Source of the DNA: Leucoraja ocellata
Taxonomy: Eukaryota
Length of the DNA: 64,000 nt
Assembly: GCA_036785375.1 (NCBI GenBank)
Contig: JAWMAR010000044.1
Location: forward strand, 1,550,001-1,614,000
Direction: 5' to 3'
Part shown: in pieces, positions 48,714 through 59,535 of the stretch
Layout of the letters: each line of letters begins with the position of its first letter
Position numbering within the stretch: position 1 is the first letter of the stretch
The notes under the pieces: generated by a model
Database searches by the model: none
Seen by the model: the letters and a program-made list of their open reading frames with translations, nothing else
Told to the model about the DNA's origin: nothing
Position numbers and translations under genes: made by a program

Positions 48714-48875
48714 TTAGTGGATATGGATGGTTGGAGATTGGTGAGTGGAGATCGCCAAGAACTGCCAGTGTCTCTCAACCCTGGAAATAGAGAGGTTGAA
48801 GCAAATCTCCATGATGTGACCGATATTTACCAGGATCTCTACTGGCGCGCACCACATCCTTACCTTGGAGACCAG
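48714..48875 (+). CDS. LAMA5: LAMA5 coding exon 16 (L4b/IVa)
   Basis: ctttcag| LVDMDGWRLVSGDRQELPVSLNPGNREVEANLHDVTDIYQDLYWRAPHPYLGDQ |gtacac; 162 nt, phase 0->0. Confidence 0.94.
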
Positions 48876-48882
48876 GTACACA

Positions 48883-49162
48883 TTAGACTTTGGAGATACA
48901 GCGTGGAAACAAGCCCTTCGGCCCACCAGGTCCGCGCCGACCTGCAAACACTATCTTACACACCAGGGACGATTTATAATTTTACCTAAGCCAATTAACC
49001 TACAAACCTGCCCATCATTGGAATGTGGGAGGAAACCAGAGAAATCCCACGCAGTCACACAGAAAACGTACAAACTCCATATAGACAGCACCTGTAGTCA
49101 GGATCGAACCAGGGTCTCTGGAGCTGTAAGGCAGCAACTCTACCGCTGCACTGTGCCACCCC
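48883..49162 (-). mobile_element. HE1-like V-SINE abutting the exon 16 donor
   Basis: gagatacagcgtggaaacaagcccttcggccc..gcagcaactctaccgctgc. Confidence 0.8.
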
Positions 49163-49900
49163 AGGTACACTGAGGAAAATTGACCTATATAAGCATTTAT
49201 CACCTTCAATCATTCACGTGTCAACAAGCATTTTCTAGAATAATTTAACAACCCATTTGTAGGTATGATGGCATCTTATTATTTGCATCTCAAATGCAAA
49301 ACTGTTTGGCCTCAGCTTCCTCTCTACTGGGGCAATGCTTCCTGTCGACTCATTCCTGAGGTGTGGATGTCACTGGGAAGGCTGATGTTTATTTACAATC
49401 CATAATTGTTCTTACAGAGGTGGTGATGTTGGTTGGAGCGATCCAGGATTAGAACACATTGACAACATATATCCAAGTCAGAACGCCAGATTTAAGAGGG
49501 GGGAGGGGTTAGGATTAGGGTTAGGGTAAAACCAATTTTCAAATGCAGACCGGGTGTGCAGGTTATTATTGTTATTAAATACAGCCAATCCACAGCTTTG
49601 CCCAGTAAATGTGGGCCGAACGCTTCCATGCTGTATGACCATCTATCCATAAGGTCATGTGACGGGGGCATTATTAGGCCATTCGGCACATCAAGTCTAC
49701 TCCGCCATTCAATCATGGCTGATCTATCTCCCCCTCCTAAGCCCATTCTCCTGCCTTCTCCCCATGACCCCTGACACCCGTTACGTGTTAACTGAGTGAT
49801 GTGCAGTCCAATTCCTGCACCCATTCCAAATATTTGTCTTCACCCCATCGTCAATTTGTCCCTTATTTCTCTGTGCGACATAAACGTTTCTCCTTTGAAG

Positions 49901-50005
49901 GTTTCCTCTTACGGAGGGCACCTGATGTACCGGCTCGGCTCCCAGGTTCTGCGCGGTGACATCCTCTCCCTCCCGGTCGAAGTTCGCCCGGACGTGATTC
50001 TGAAG
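49901..50005 (+). CDS. LAMA5: LAMA5 coding exon 17 (L4b, contains RGD)
   Basis: tttgaag| VSSYGGHLMYRLGSQVLRGDILSLPVEVRPDVILK |gtgag; 105 nt, phase 0->0. Confidence 0.95.
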
Positions 50006-50713
50006 GTGAGATTCAGTAACAGCTCGGCCACTGGAACCACTCAACGATTCAGTCCAATTCAATTATTGCCACACGTACCTGGGTGCAGTGAAATGCTTTG
50101 TTTTTACATGCAACCCGGTAGAACCACACAGCAGACCTCACCTCGGCAGTACACACAGAGTCGTCACGTTTCTGGCGCCGACAAAGTAACACGACATTCA
50201 TCGAACAGACTTACCTTCGGTTCTCAGCGGCGAACCAGGCCCGTCATGGCAGCAGGCGGACCCCAGCCGGGCCCCCCCCCCCCCCCATCATTCTCGGTGG
50301 TCTCCCATCAGGTCCCTTCTTCGATCTCAGCTCCCACTGCATGATCCCCCATTATTCTTGGCGGCCTCCAATGGTCCCCCATTCGTTCCCCCATCATTCT
50401 CGCCATCCCCCCCACCACCATTTGATCTCAGCTCCCTGCTGGGTCCCTCCATTGTTATCAGTAGCCCCTCACCAGGACCCCCCTTTGATCTTGCCCCCCC
50501 CCCCACCTGGTCGCTCTTCATCCTCTGCCGTTCCCCCATGGGACCTCCTTCGATATCTGCAGCCTCGTTACCAAAGCCAAACTTATAGTGCAGACTTTGG
50601 GATACACTAAATGTTTTACTTCTGAGTCATGTGTCCCGCTGACACTCGCTACTGATTTTTGATTATTATTTTTAAATTGGAGAATTAAAATGTGTTAACT
50701 CCCTCTTCCTCAG

Positions 50714-50797
50714 GGGAATCAGATGACCATAATGTACGTAGCCAAGGAGTATCCAGCTCCTGGGCAGCATCATGAGAGCCGACTGCAACTGGTGGAG
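50714..50797 (+). CDS. LAMA5: LAMA5 coding exon 18 (L4b)
   Basis: cctcag| GNQMTIMYVAKEYPAPGQHHESRLQLVE |gtttga; 84 nt, phase 0->0. Confidence 0.93.
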
Positions 50798-51204
50798 GTT
50801 TGAGAGCAACTCATTTATTATTTGTTTCACGTTATGGACTTAGTGGGATGCCGTTACAGCAGTGCTGTGTATGATATGTGTTATCATGGCTGTATGATTG
50901 ACGTGCCAAGAAAATCTGCATTATCCAAAAAAAATAGAATTTTAGCAATTATCCTTTTCATTTCAGGTTTGGAGTTTAAAAAGAAAAGCGTGGAAGAGGG
51001 GTTCTTAATGTCTTTGGTTCTTAATGTACTAGCTCAAGAGTGTTTTATTGTCGTGAGTTCTGAAACGGAACAGCTACATTATTACTTGCAGCAGCTCAGC
51101 AGATATGTACCCATATGCTGTTGATTGTGCTCCACATCCATGCATTCAGCGATGCATTTGTATGTGAAGCCAAGTACAACTTGCAACTGATCGTCTTGTT
51201 TGCA

Positions 51205-51460
51205 TTGTGTAGGAAGGAACTGCAGATGCTTGTTTAAACCGAAGATAGACACAAAACGCTGGAGGAACTCAGCGAGACAAACAGCATCTCTGGAGAAAAG
51301 GAATAGATGACGTTTCGGGTTGAGACTCTTCTTCAGACTGAGAGTCGGGGGAAGGGAAACGAGACATATAGATGGTACATAGAACAAATGAATGAAAGAA
51401 ATGCAAAAAGCAGCGATAATCAGGGAAAGGTGGAGCCCACAATGGTCTATTGTTGGCTCC
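51205..51460 (-). mobile_element. Penelope terminal repeat with hammerhead motif (antisense)
   Basis: gacgtttcgggttgagactcttcttcag at 51309-51336. Confidence 0.78.
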
Positions 51461-51887
51461 ACCTTTCCTTGGTCAGTCTTGTTTGCATTGAATGACATGG
51501 ATGGCCACAGATGTCTCCTCTCCCCTACAGTTTAAACAAACTGCATGGAGTCCTTCACAAAGAGTGGCGTTAGAACCTCTCTCGAATGCAGAATGAGGTG
51601 CAGTAAGATGTCGTCCAGGAGTTGCGTCCGGCACTCATTTTGCACGCATTCATCAGGCTTAGCACTGGAGACAAACGTGCCCAGTGTAAATGTGGTCTCT
51701 GGCTGATGAGGAAGCGAGGTGTAGCATTTTAAGATGCAAAGTCAGAGTGAGGGTCAGGTTAGACCTTTTGTTCTGATCCACAAAGGATTGGATAGTTGTG
51801 GAAACATAAAAGGTGGAAAAGGCAGCTGTAGAGAAATGTAATTGTAATTTGAGTATTTGACGTTGGAACAAATGTATTTTTGCCCAG

Positions 51888-52118
51888 AGTAACTTCAGGC
51901 ACGTACAAACACATAACCCTGTGTCCCGAGAAGAGATGATGATGGTGCTGGCCAGCCTGGATGGCCTACAGATACGAGTCCTTCACTCCCAATTGGCCAA
52001 GCGGGTCACACTGCACAATGTAATCCTGGAGCAAGCTGCAAACTCTGGAGATGGAGATGCTGCCAGCAATGTGGAAATCTGTCTCTGTCCAGCTAACTAT
52101 GTGGGGGATTCATGTCAG
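51888..52118 (+). CDS. LAMA5: LAMA5 coding exon 19 (end of L4b)
   Basis: gcccag| [30 protein letters not shown]...[19 protein letters not shown] |gtatga; 231 nt, phase 0->0. Confidence 0.95.
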
Positions 52119-52214
52119 GTATGAGTGATTCTTTCATGTTATTGTTGGTGGGTGTTCACAGAAATGCATCTTCCTTGCTGCTGAGGAGTTAATCATTCAC
52201 GTGTTGGAAACATG

Positions 52215-52495
52215 AGGTTAGCTTAGAGATAAAGCGCGGGAGAAGGCCCTTCGGCCCGCCAAGTCTGTTCTGATTAATGACCCCCATACACTAGCACTAT
52301 CCTATGCACACTAGAAGCAATTTACCAAAGCTTATTCATCCTTGTATGTCTTTGTAGAGTGGGAGGAAACTGGGGTGCCCAGAGAAAACCCACGTGGTCA
52401 CGGGGAGAACATACAAACTCTGCACAGACAGCACCTATAGTCAGGATGGAACCCGGGTGCCTGGCGCTGTAAGCAGCAACTCTACCACTGTGCCT
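52215..52495 (-). mobile_element. HE1-like V-SINE
   Basis: ggcccttcggccc..cacggggagaac..gcagcaactctaccactgtgcc. Confidence 0.78.
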
Positions 52496-52794
52496 CTGGG
52501 TTGTGTGGGTAAATTCTTTTAAACCTGGAATTGTTCTTATTGGACATTCAGAAACCTGATGGTAGTACAGGTAGAAGTTTGGAGTTTCCCAGAATGGTTA
52601 CAGCAGGAAAAGAGATCATTTGGCCAAAACGAGTTTGCACCAGCTCTAAGTTGGAACAGTCTGGCTGGTCCCATTCCTGCACCCTCTCCACCTGACCCTG
52701 CAAATTCCTTCATTGAATCTACTTCCTCTGCCACCTCTTGCAGCGCATTCCAGAGCCCAAACACATCCTGCACGAGACAAATGTTCCTCATTTG

Positions 52795-53120
52795 TTTTGG
52801 TTTAGTTTAGTTTGGTTTAGAGATACAACATGGAAGTAGGCCCTTCAGCCCACTGACCCTACGCCAAACACCGATCACCCGTTCACACTTGTTCTATGTT
52901 CTCCCACTTTCTCATCTACTCCCTACACAACAGGGGCCATGTTACAGAGGCCAACTAATCTGCAACCCTGCACCTCGTTGGGATATTGAAGGAAACTAGA
53001 ACACCCGGAGGAAACCCACGTGGTCACAAGGAGAACATGCAAAGTCCACACCTAGGTTGCAGTGGAACCCAGATCTCTGGTGCAGTGAGGCAGCTGCTCT
53101 ACCAGCTGCGCCCACTGTGC
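52795..53120 (-). mobile_element. HE1-like V-SINE
   Basis: (tttag)n agatacaac..cacccggaggaaacccacg..ggcagctgctctaccagctgcg. Confidence 0.72.
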
Positions 53121-53974
53121 TTATTTTGCCAATTGCCCTCATTCTTTTCACCTAGTTCTGGACCACTCTGCCAATAACTGCATTGATATTTGAGAGAAAC
53201 CACACTTTTGCTTCACAGTGATTTTTTTTTCTGCCCAAGAGTGAAATTTCTTTGTGACATCTTTAAAGAAAGAACAGGGGAGCAAACCGATTAGTGAGTT
53301 CCTGTGAGCAGGCAGGTTAAGCCAAACAACATCCTTTACTATTGGATTTTTACCAGATAATGCTGTGTATTCTCATTACAATCTTCTTGGTCAGTGACTT
53401 TGCTTCATCTATTGCAAGTAAATTACGGACAGCAACACTGATAATGGCAAGAATGCATTAACTTTCTGAACCTGATGTTTTTCATTGTTGTGTCCTTTGG
53501 AGCTGACCATCTGTGATAACATGTTATGACATTCTATGATAGTCATATTCATACAGCACAGAAAGAGGCCCTTCGGCCCAACTCGTCCATGCTGACTAAG
53601 ATGCCCATCTAAGCTAATTATTTGCCCGGGTTTGACCCATATCCCTCTAAAACAATACTGTCATAGAGTCATACAGCATGGGAACAAGCCTTTAGGCTCA
53701 GCTTGCCCACACCAACCCATCTATGCTAGTCTCACCTGCCCGCATTTGGCCTGTACCTTCTAAACCTCCCCTATCCATGCACCATGTTTTGCCTGAGAAC
53801 CAAGTTTCTTGGCACAGTTACCTGATTAAAACTACTTGGGATAAACACATTTCTTTACACATTTGATCAATTTGGTTGGAGACTAGTGTTGCTACCCAAC
53901 ATTAATGGCATTGGCAAGACTGTGATTGATGTCAAAGCTTGAATTGTAGTTTCATTCGGCTGCTTTATCAGTGT

Positions 53975-54250
53975 AGTTTAGTTTAGAGATGCGGTATAGA
54001 AACAGGCCCACCGAGTCCATGCCGATCATCGATCACCCCTTCACACTAGGCCCATGTTATCCCATTTTCCCACTCCCTACACAGTAGGGACAATTTGTAG
54101 CGGCCAATTAACCTACAAACCCGCATGTCTCTGGGATGTGGGCGGAAACCTGAGAATGTGCAAACTCCGCACAGACAGCACCTGAGGTCAGGATCGAACC
54201 CGGGTCTCTAGCGCTGTGAGGCAGCAGCTCTACCAGCTGTTCCACTGTGT
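53975..54250 (-). mobile_element. HE1-like V-SINE
   Basis: tttagtttagagat..ccaattaacctacaaacc..caggatcgaacccggg. Confidence 0.78.
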
Positions 54251-54658
54251 TGTAAAAGTATATTCTGTGAAAGAGAGACTAGCTAAGCATTACAAAGCTT
54301 TGGCAGCTTACAGCCCAGTGGTATGAACGGTGATTTCTCAAGTAACCCCTGCATTCCCTCTTTTGCCCCCTAGTTGTCCCACTAGTTCACGCATCCTTAT
54401 ATCCCTTTGTTATCATCCCCAGCCAACAATGGGCTATTATGGGCTCCACCCTTCCTTGGGCATCTATTGCCGGCCCTGCTTTGTTCGTGCCATTTCCTAC
54501 TAGTTCCCTCCCCTATACTTTCAGTCTAAACCAATTCCTGACCCAAAACATCACCCATCCTTTTTCTCCCAAGATGCTGCCTGACCCGCTGAGTTACTCC
54601 AGCGCTTTGTGTCTTTCTACAAACGTTGGATATCATTTTCCTTTCTTGGCCCCAACAG

Positions 54659-54772
54659 GATTGTTCGCCAGGTCATTATCGAGATACAAAAGGTCTTTTC
54701 CTGGGTAAATGTGTACCTTGCAATTGCAACGGCCATTCTGACCAGTGCCTGGATGGAACAGGAATATGCGTG
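54659..54772 (+). CDS. LAMA5: LAMA5 coding exon 20 (LEc)
   Basis: caacag| [38 protein letters not shown] |gtaagt; 114 nt, phase 0->0. Confidence 0.95.
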
Positions 54773-55032
54773 GTAAGTATTTGTTTTGAAAATCTATTGA
54801 ATCATTTGGAATTAAGGCCTTTGTTATTGTAAAAAGTGCATTGGAGGCTGAGGGAGTGACCTGACAGAAGTGTATAAAATTATGAGACATAGATTAGAAA
54901 ATTTTTTCCGCGGGGTTGGAATATTAAATATTCAAGTGCATAGGTTGAAGGTGAGAAGAGGACAGTCTAAAGGAGATCTGTAAGGATGTAATTGTCAGCC
55001 AAGTGTTTAATTATAAAAACTTTTCTACCCAG

Positions 55033-55160
55033 AACTGCCAGCATAATACGGAAGGAGATGACTGTGAGCGCTGTAAGGCCGGGTTGGTTCGAAACGCCAC
55101 ACTGGAAGCGGCTTCTCTCTGTGAACAGTGCCCGTGCCCCGTCAGTGTGTCTACCAACAA
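55033..55160 (+). CDS. LAMA5: LAMA5 coding exon 21 (LEc)
   Basis: acccag| NCQHNTEGDDCERCKAGLVRNATLEAASLCEQCPCPVSVSTN |gtacgt; 128 nt, phase 0->2. Confidence 0.94.
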
Positions 55161-55306
55161 GTACGTATGTCTGGATCATCAGAAGACCACTGTGGGGAGG
55201 GTTGGGGCTGGTGGTCGGAGGACAGGGAGGGATCTCTAAAATTAATTTTTCTTAACCTCTTGGTTCTGAGTTTTTATATTTATTTAAACACTGCTCATAA
55301 TTGCAG

Positions 55307-55387
55307 CTTTGCAAAGGACTGTGTTCACCGTGGAGACCGTTTCCAGTGCTTCTGTAAGCCAGGGTATGCTGGCTTAAAATGCGAAAG
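55307..55387 (+). CDS. LAMA5: LAMA5 coding exon 22 (LEc, contains RGD)
   Basis: ttgcag| (N)FAKDCVHRGDRFQCFCKPGYAGLKCE |gtcagt; 81 nt, phase 2->2. Confidence 0.94.
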
Positions 55388-55784
55388 GTCAGTATTTTGT
55401 GCGCATGTGAAAGTAATAGCGAGGGAGCGCGAAACCGTGCAATATTAATATACATCACTTGTCAAGCCATGTCCACCATGACAGGAGGTGAGGCTGATTC
55501 TTTAAAACAGTGCCAGTTTATATCTAAACCTTTCGGCATAAGAAGAAATAGCTTGTCGACCATTGTCTTTAAGAGAGTATCTTATAAACTCACAGTAGTC
55601 ATGAAAGCAAACAATGGGACAACAAATCAATACAATGGCAGGTTAATTTAGAGAAATGTAGAATGTTATGCTACTGTAATCTAATATAAGATAGCCCTTT
55701 TGAAAATGTGTACTCTGGATTATTTATGATTTTCTTTGAGAACCCTTATTTATATTTCGATCTGAACTTTTAGTCTTTTTAGGC

Positions 55785-56035
55785 CAGTTCAGTTCAGAGA
55801 TACAGCGCGGTAACGGGCACTTTGGCCCACCGAGTCCACACACCGACCAACAATCCCGGAACCCCAGCACTATCCCACACACTAGGGACAATTTACAATT
55901 TTTACCGAAGCCAATTCACCCACAAACCTGTACGTGGTTGGAATGCGGGAGGAAACCAGGACATCTAGAGACAGCTCACATGGTCACGGGGAGAATGTAC
56001 AGATAGCATCCATAGTCAGGATCAAATGCATGTCT
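55785..56035 (-). mobile_element. HE1-like V-SINE (partial)
   Basis: agagatacagcgcgg..actagggacaatttacaa..ggtcacggggaga. Confidence 0.72.
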
Positions 56036-56478
56036 CTGATCCTGATCAAGAAAAGACATTTGGACATGTATGTGGATAGGAAATGTAGTGTAGGACTAGT
56101 GCAGATGGGGCACCTTGGTCGGCATGGGCAAACTAGGCCGAAGGGTCTATTTTCAAGCTGTGTGACTTTATGACTCTAAACAGCCACTGGTAACAGGCTT
56201 CAGAGGGTCGTTGGTTCATAACTACAATGAAGTTAGCATCTTTGCAGATCGACCCTCCGAATCTCCTGTATCTCTGTGCTTTGTCTTTATTCAACCACAT
56301 TAGCCAATTCAGAAAGTGTCAAATCAGGAAAAACAGTGTCCTGCGTCTTACTGGGACTGATATAATACAGTATAATCTTTGAATACATTGCTCGTGACTA
56401 TAAACGCAAGTGGAGCGAATTTTTTTGTTGTTCTAACCATTTCTGCCCTGTTAAAAACTGTTGTCCTTTATTGTGAAG

Positions 56479-56693
56479 GTGTGCCCCAGGTTACTATGGA
56501 AACCCAATGGTCTTGGGAAGCCAGTGTCAGCCGTGCAATTGTAATGGCAACACAGACTCGAACATGCTCTTCAGCAGTTGTGATTCACTGACAGGAGAGT
56601 GTCTGGGGTGTATGCACAACACAGCTGGGCCACACTGCGAACACTGTGCCCCAGGTTTCTATGGAGATGCACTGATCAGCAAGCAGTGTGCAC
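56479..56693 (+). CDS. LAMA5: LAMA5 coding exon 23 (LEc)
   Basis: gtgaag| (R)[71 protein letters not shown] |gtaagt; 215 nt, phase 2->1. Confidence 0.95.
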
Positions 56694-57094
56694 GTAAGTT
56701 GAGTGTGTCATTAGATTAACGTGGAACTCCGTCCAGAAATTATATTGTTTTGCATTCAAGGTTTTCTAATGCCTCTTCGCAACATTCATTTCAGAAAGAT
56801 AATTGGTTCTGGTGCAATTATTTTCTGTGCAAAAAGACAAATCTGCATCCATAACACAGATAATTCTCTCCCCTCCCACTTCACCAAGTCAGAGGCCTGA
56901 GCAGAACTCCCAACCCCAGGAAAATGGGTCACGGTGTGTATGGTGGGCAAATGTCCCACCCTAACACACCTATGGTGGTCAATCTGCCCAAGGGGAAGGG
57001 CCAGCTCAAGATCTGTGATCTGGAGTAAAATTACAGGCTCCCACTGCCAGGTGACTGTTTGTCTTGTGAACTACATGTCTCGTTTGAAAGTGTG

Positions 57095-57299
57095 TAAGTG
57101 TGTGTACTGCATATTATATATATTATAATGTGGATTATATATTTATATGTATACATATATGTGTGTGTGTTATATAGTATGATGTATGTTATAGTTATAT
57201 ATATATATATAGTATAATGTATAGTGTGTGTAGAGTATAATGCATATCATGTACAGCATGATATATTATGTAGTATAATGGTACAATATATACAATATA
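57095..57299. repeat. AT/GT-rich low-complexity repeat running into the gap
   Basis: Degenerate (TA)n/(TG)n/(TATAG)-like sequence. Confidence 0.8.
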
Positions 57300-57458
57300 N
57301 NNNNNNNNNNNNNNNNNNNNNNNNNNNNNNNNNNNNNNNNNNNNNNNNNNNNNNNNNNNNNNNNNNNNNNNNNNNNNNNNNNNNNNNNNNNNNNNNNNNN
57401 NNNNNNNNNNNNNNNNNNNNNNNNNNNNNNNNNNNNNNNNNNNNNNNNNNNNNNNNNN
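57300..57458. other. Assembly gap (159 N)
   Basis: Run of n characters. Confidence 0.99.
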
Positions 57459-58166
57459 ATCACACTCTGAAGAAGGGTCTTGACCCAAAACGTCACCTAT
57501 TCCTTCTATCCAGAGACGCTGCCTGTCCCGCTGAGTTACTCCAGCATTTTGTCTCTATATAAGGATCAGTGAGTGCTCTCTTGTGCAACTTTCATATTGT
57601 GTCATCAATCTGCATCTTGGCTGGCTGATGGCTTTTCTGGCTCTCTTGGTTTAAACTTCCAGTCTTAACTAAACTGATAAACCTCTCAAGTGTTTAAAGA
57701 AGGACTTAACATTCCGTCAATTGCACTTTAACTCTTCAGAGACTTTTTAATGACAGAGATCAAGTCTATAGAAACTAATTTTAAATGGTTGTCATTGAGT
57801 GACAATTCCTTTCCTTTTCATGTTGAATTATGTGTTTCCTTTTCAACATAATCTCTTTTGAATGTGGATCAAAAATGGTGCTTCCTGGCCTTTAATCCTC
57901 CACCAGCTCCAAAATGCACGGTCTGAGCATATGTGGGGGACGTAGGAATGGAACGTGGGTTCCTGCCATGTCTGTCCAGCCAGATTCAGAACGGTTGTTG
58001 GCATCATTTACACATAGCTGGGAACAATTTGTCTAAACATGTTCCTCCTTTTTCTTTCAACAGTCATTCTGTAAAATTTTCTGTAATCTTCCGGAATTCG
58101 ATGGGCTTCTTTTGTGGAATTGAAGTACATCAGAATATATTAGCCACATATATTGGCACGGGTATA

Positions 58167-58532
58167 AGGGCGGCACAGTGGAAGAGTTGCTGTCTTACAG
58201 CACCAGAGACTTGGTTTCGATCCTGACTATGGGTGCTGCCTGTACGGAGTTTGTACATTTCTCCCTGTGACTGCGTGGGTTTTCCCCGGGTGCTCCGGTT
58301 TCCTCCCACATTCCAAAGACGTGCGGGTTTGCAGGTTAATTGGCTTCTGCGAATTGTCCCTCATGTGTCGGATAGAACTCCGGGTGCTCTGGTTTCCTCT
58401 CATGCTCCAAAGATATACAAGTTTGTAGGTAAATTGTCCCGAGTGCTTAGAATAGTGCTAATGTACGGTGTGGTCACTGGTCGGTGCAGACTCGCTGGGC
58501 CAAAGGACTTGTTTCCACTCTGTATCTCTAAA
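58167..58532 (+). mobile_element. HE1-like V-SINE with internal duplication
   Basis: cgggtgctc(c/t)ggtttcctc..ccaaaga..gtttg(c/t)aggt..aattgtccc occurs twice (~58287 and ~58381). Confidence 0.78.
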
Positions 58533-58731
58533 GGTTGGCTACTTCCTCTTTAGAGCCATTCCCACTAATTCAGATTGTTACTAGTTTGCATTGCTCCAAA
58601 TAAAGTCCAGTTCCTGGTGTTGTCTTTAATACGTCCTATCTTAAAATGCCTCTACAAATGCCAGTAATCAGTAGCATATTCTGCCTCCCTTCCTTGAGAG
58701 TATCGAAGGAAGTGAGATCAGTGAATGAAAA

Positions 58732-58940
58732 GCCTTTCACGTACTGAGGACACTCCAAGAAATTTTGCAGTCAATAAATTACTTTTAAAATGCATTTGCT
58801 GACTCTTTGTGAAAAGATAGAAGATCAATTTGCCCTAACGAGTCCAATAAATAACTACTTCATTGCCATCGACTGGGGTTTATTAAAGGGTCATTCTTGA
58901 AATAAACTCCATTGTAGTTCCTGAACATGTTTTCTATCCA
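58732..58940 (-). mobile_element. Ancient Deu-SINE-like (SacSINE1/AmnSINE1-related) remnant
   Basis: gcctttcacg..aggac..ccaa..tttgcagtcaataaattacttttaaaatg..caatttgc resembles the reverse complement of the Deu-SINE 3' part, as recalled. Confidence 0.5.
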
Positions 58941-59300
58941 TTGCAATGGGGCAGCCCCCCCATCCAGTCCACAGTGGGTTACGTGCCCAAGACCTGCTCA
59001 ACATGTTCCCACATTTCTCTGCTTCGAGACGTGGCGTTCATCTACCAAATGCAGCAGCATTGAGTCATGGTTAATCCATCACCTGAGATGGCAGTGATCC
59101 GTTATACATGGGCTGGCTTCATATACAGGCACCATGCATTTTACAAATGTTTGATTAATGAGTTTTTAGAATAATGCGCTTGTCTCATTACTACTAAAGT
59201 TTAATTCACATGCTCCTATATTCAGAATGACGCACTTAAATTTCTGCCTGGCACCGTATGGCAGTGTGGTCGCGTGTGGTGCCTGTCATATGTCTGATTT

Positions 59301-59535
59301 TGCCACAAAAGGCTGGAGTAACTCGATGGGTCAAGCAGCATCTCTGGAGAAAAGGAGTAGGTGCCGTTTCAGGTCGAGACCCTTCCTTAGACTGCAGACC
59401 CTTCCAGTCTGAAGAAGGGTCTCAACCTGAAACGTCACCTATTCCTTTTCTCCAGAGATGCTGGCTGACCCGCTGAGTTACTCCAGCATTTTGCATCCAT
59501 CTGCAGCGTAAACCAGCTTCTGCAGTTCCTTCCTA
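59301..59535. mobile_element. Palindromic Penelope-terminus element with two opposed hammerhead motifs
   Basis: Degenerate minus copy ~59363-59390 and plus copy 59409-59436; possible decayed TSD 59287-59300 / 59536-59549. Confidence 0.78.

Noticed and set aside
49796-50344. 182-aa single-exon ORF
   Set aside because: Only 49901-50005 is LAMA5 exon; the rest is intronic read-through into repeat sequence.
57300-57458. A LAMA5 exon hidden in the assembly gap
   Set aside because: Exon 23 (ends phase 1) joins exon 24 in frame as KQCA-P-CSCSPCG with normal LE cysteine spacing, so nothing appears to be missing.
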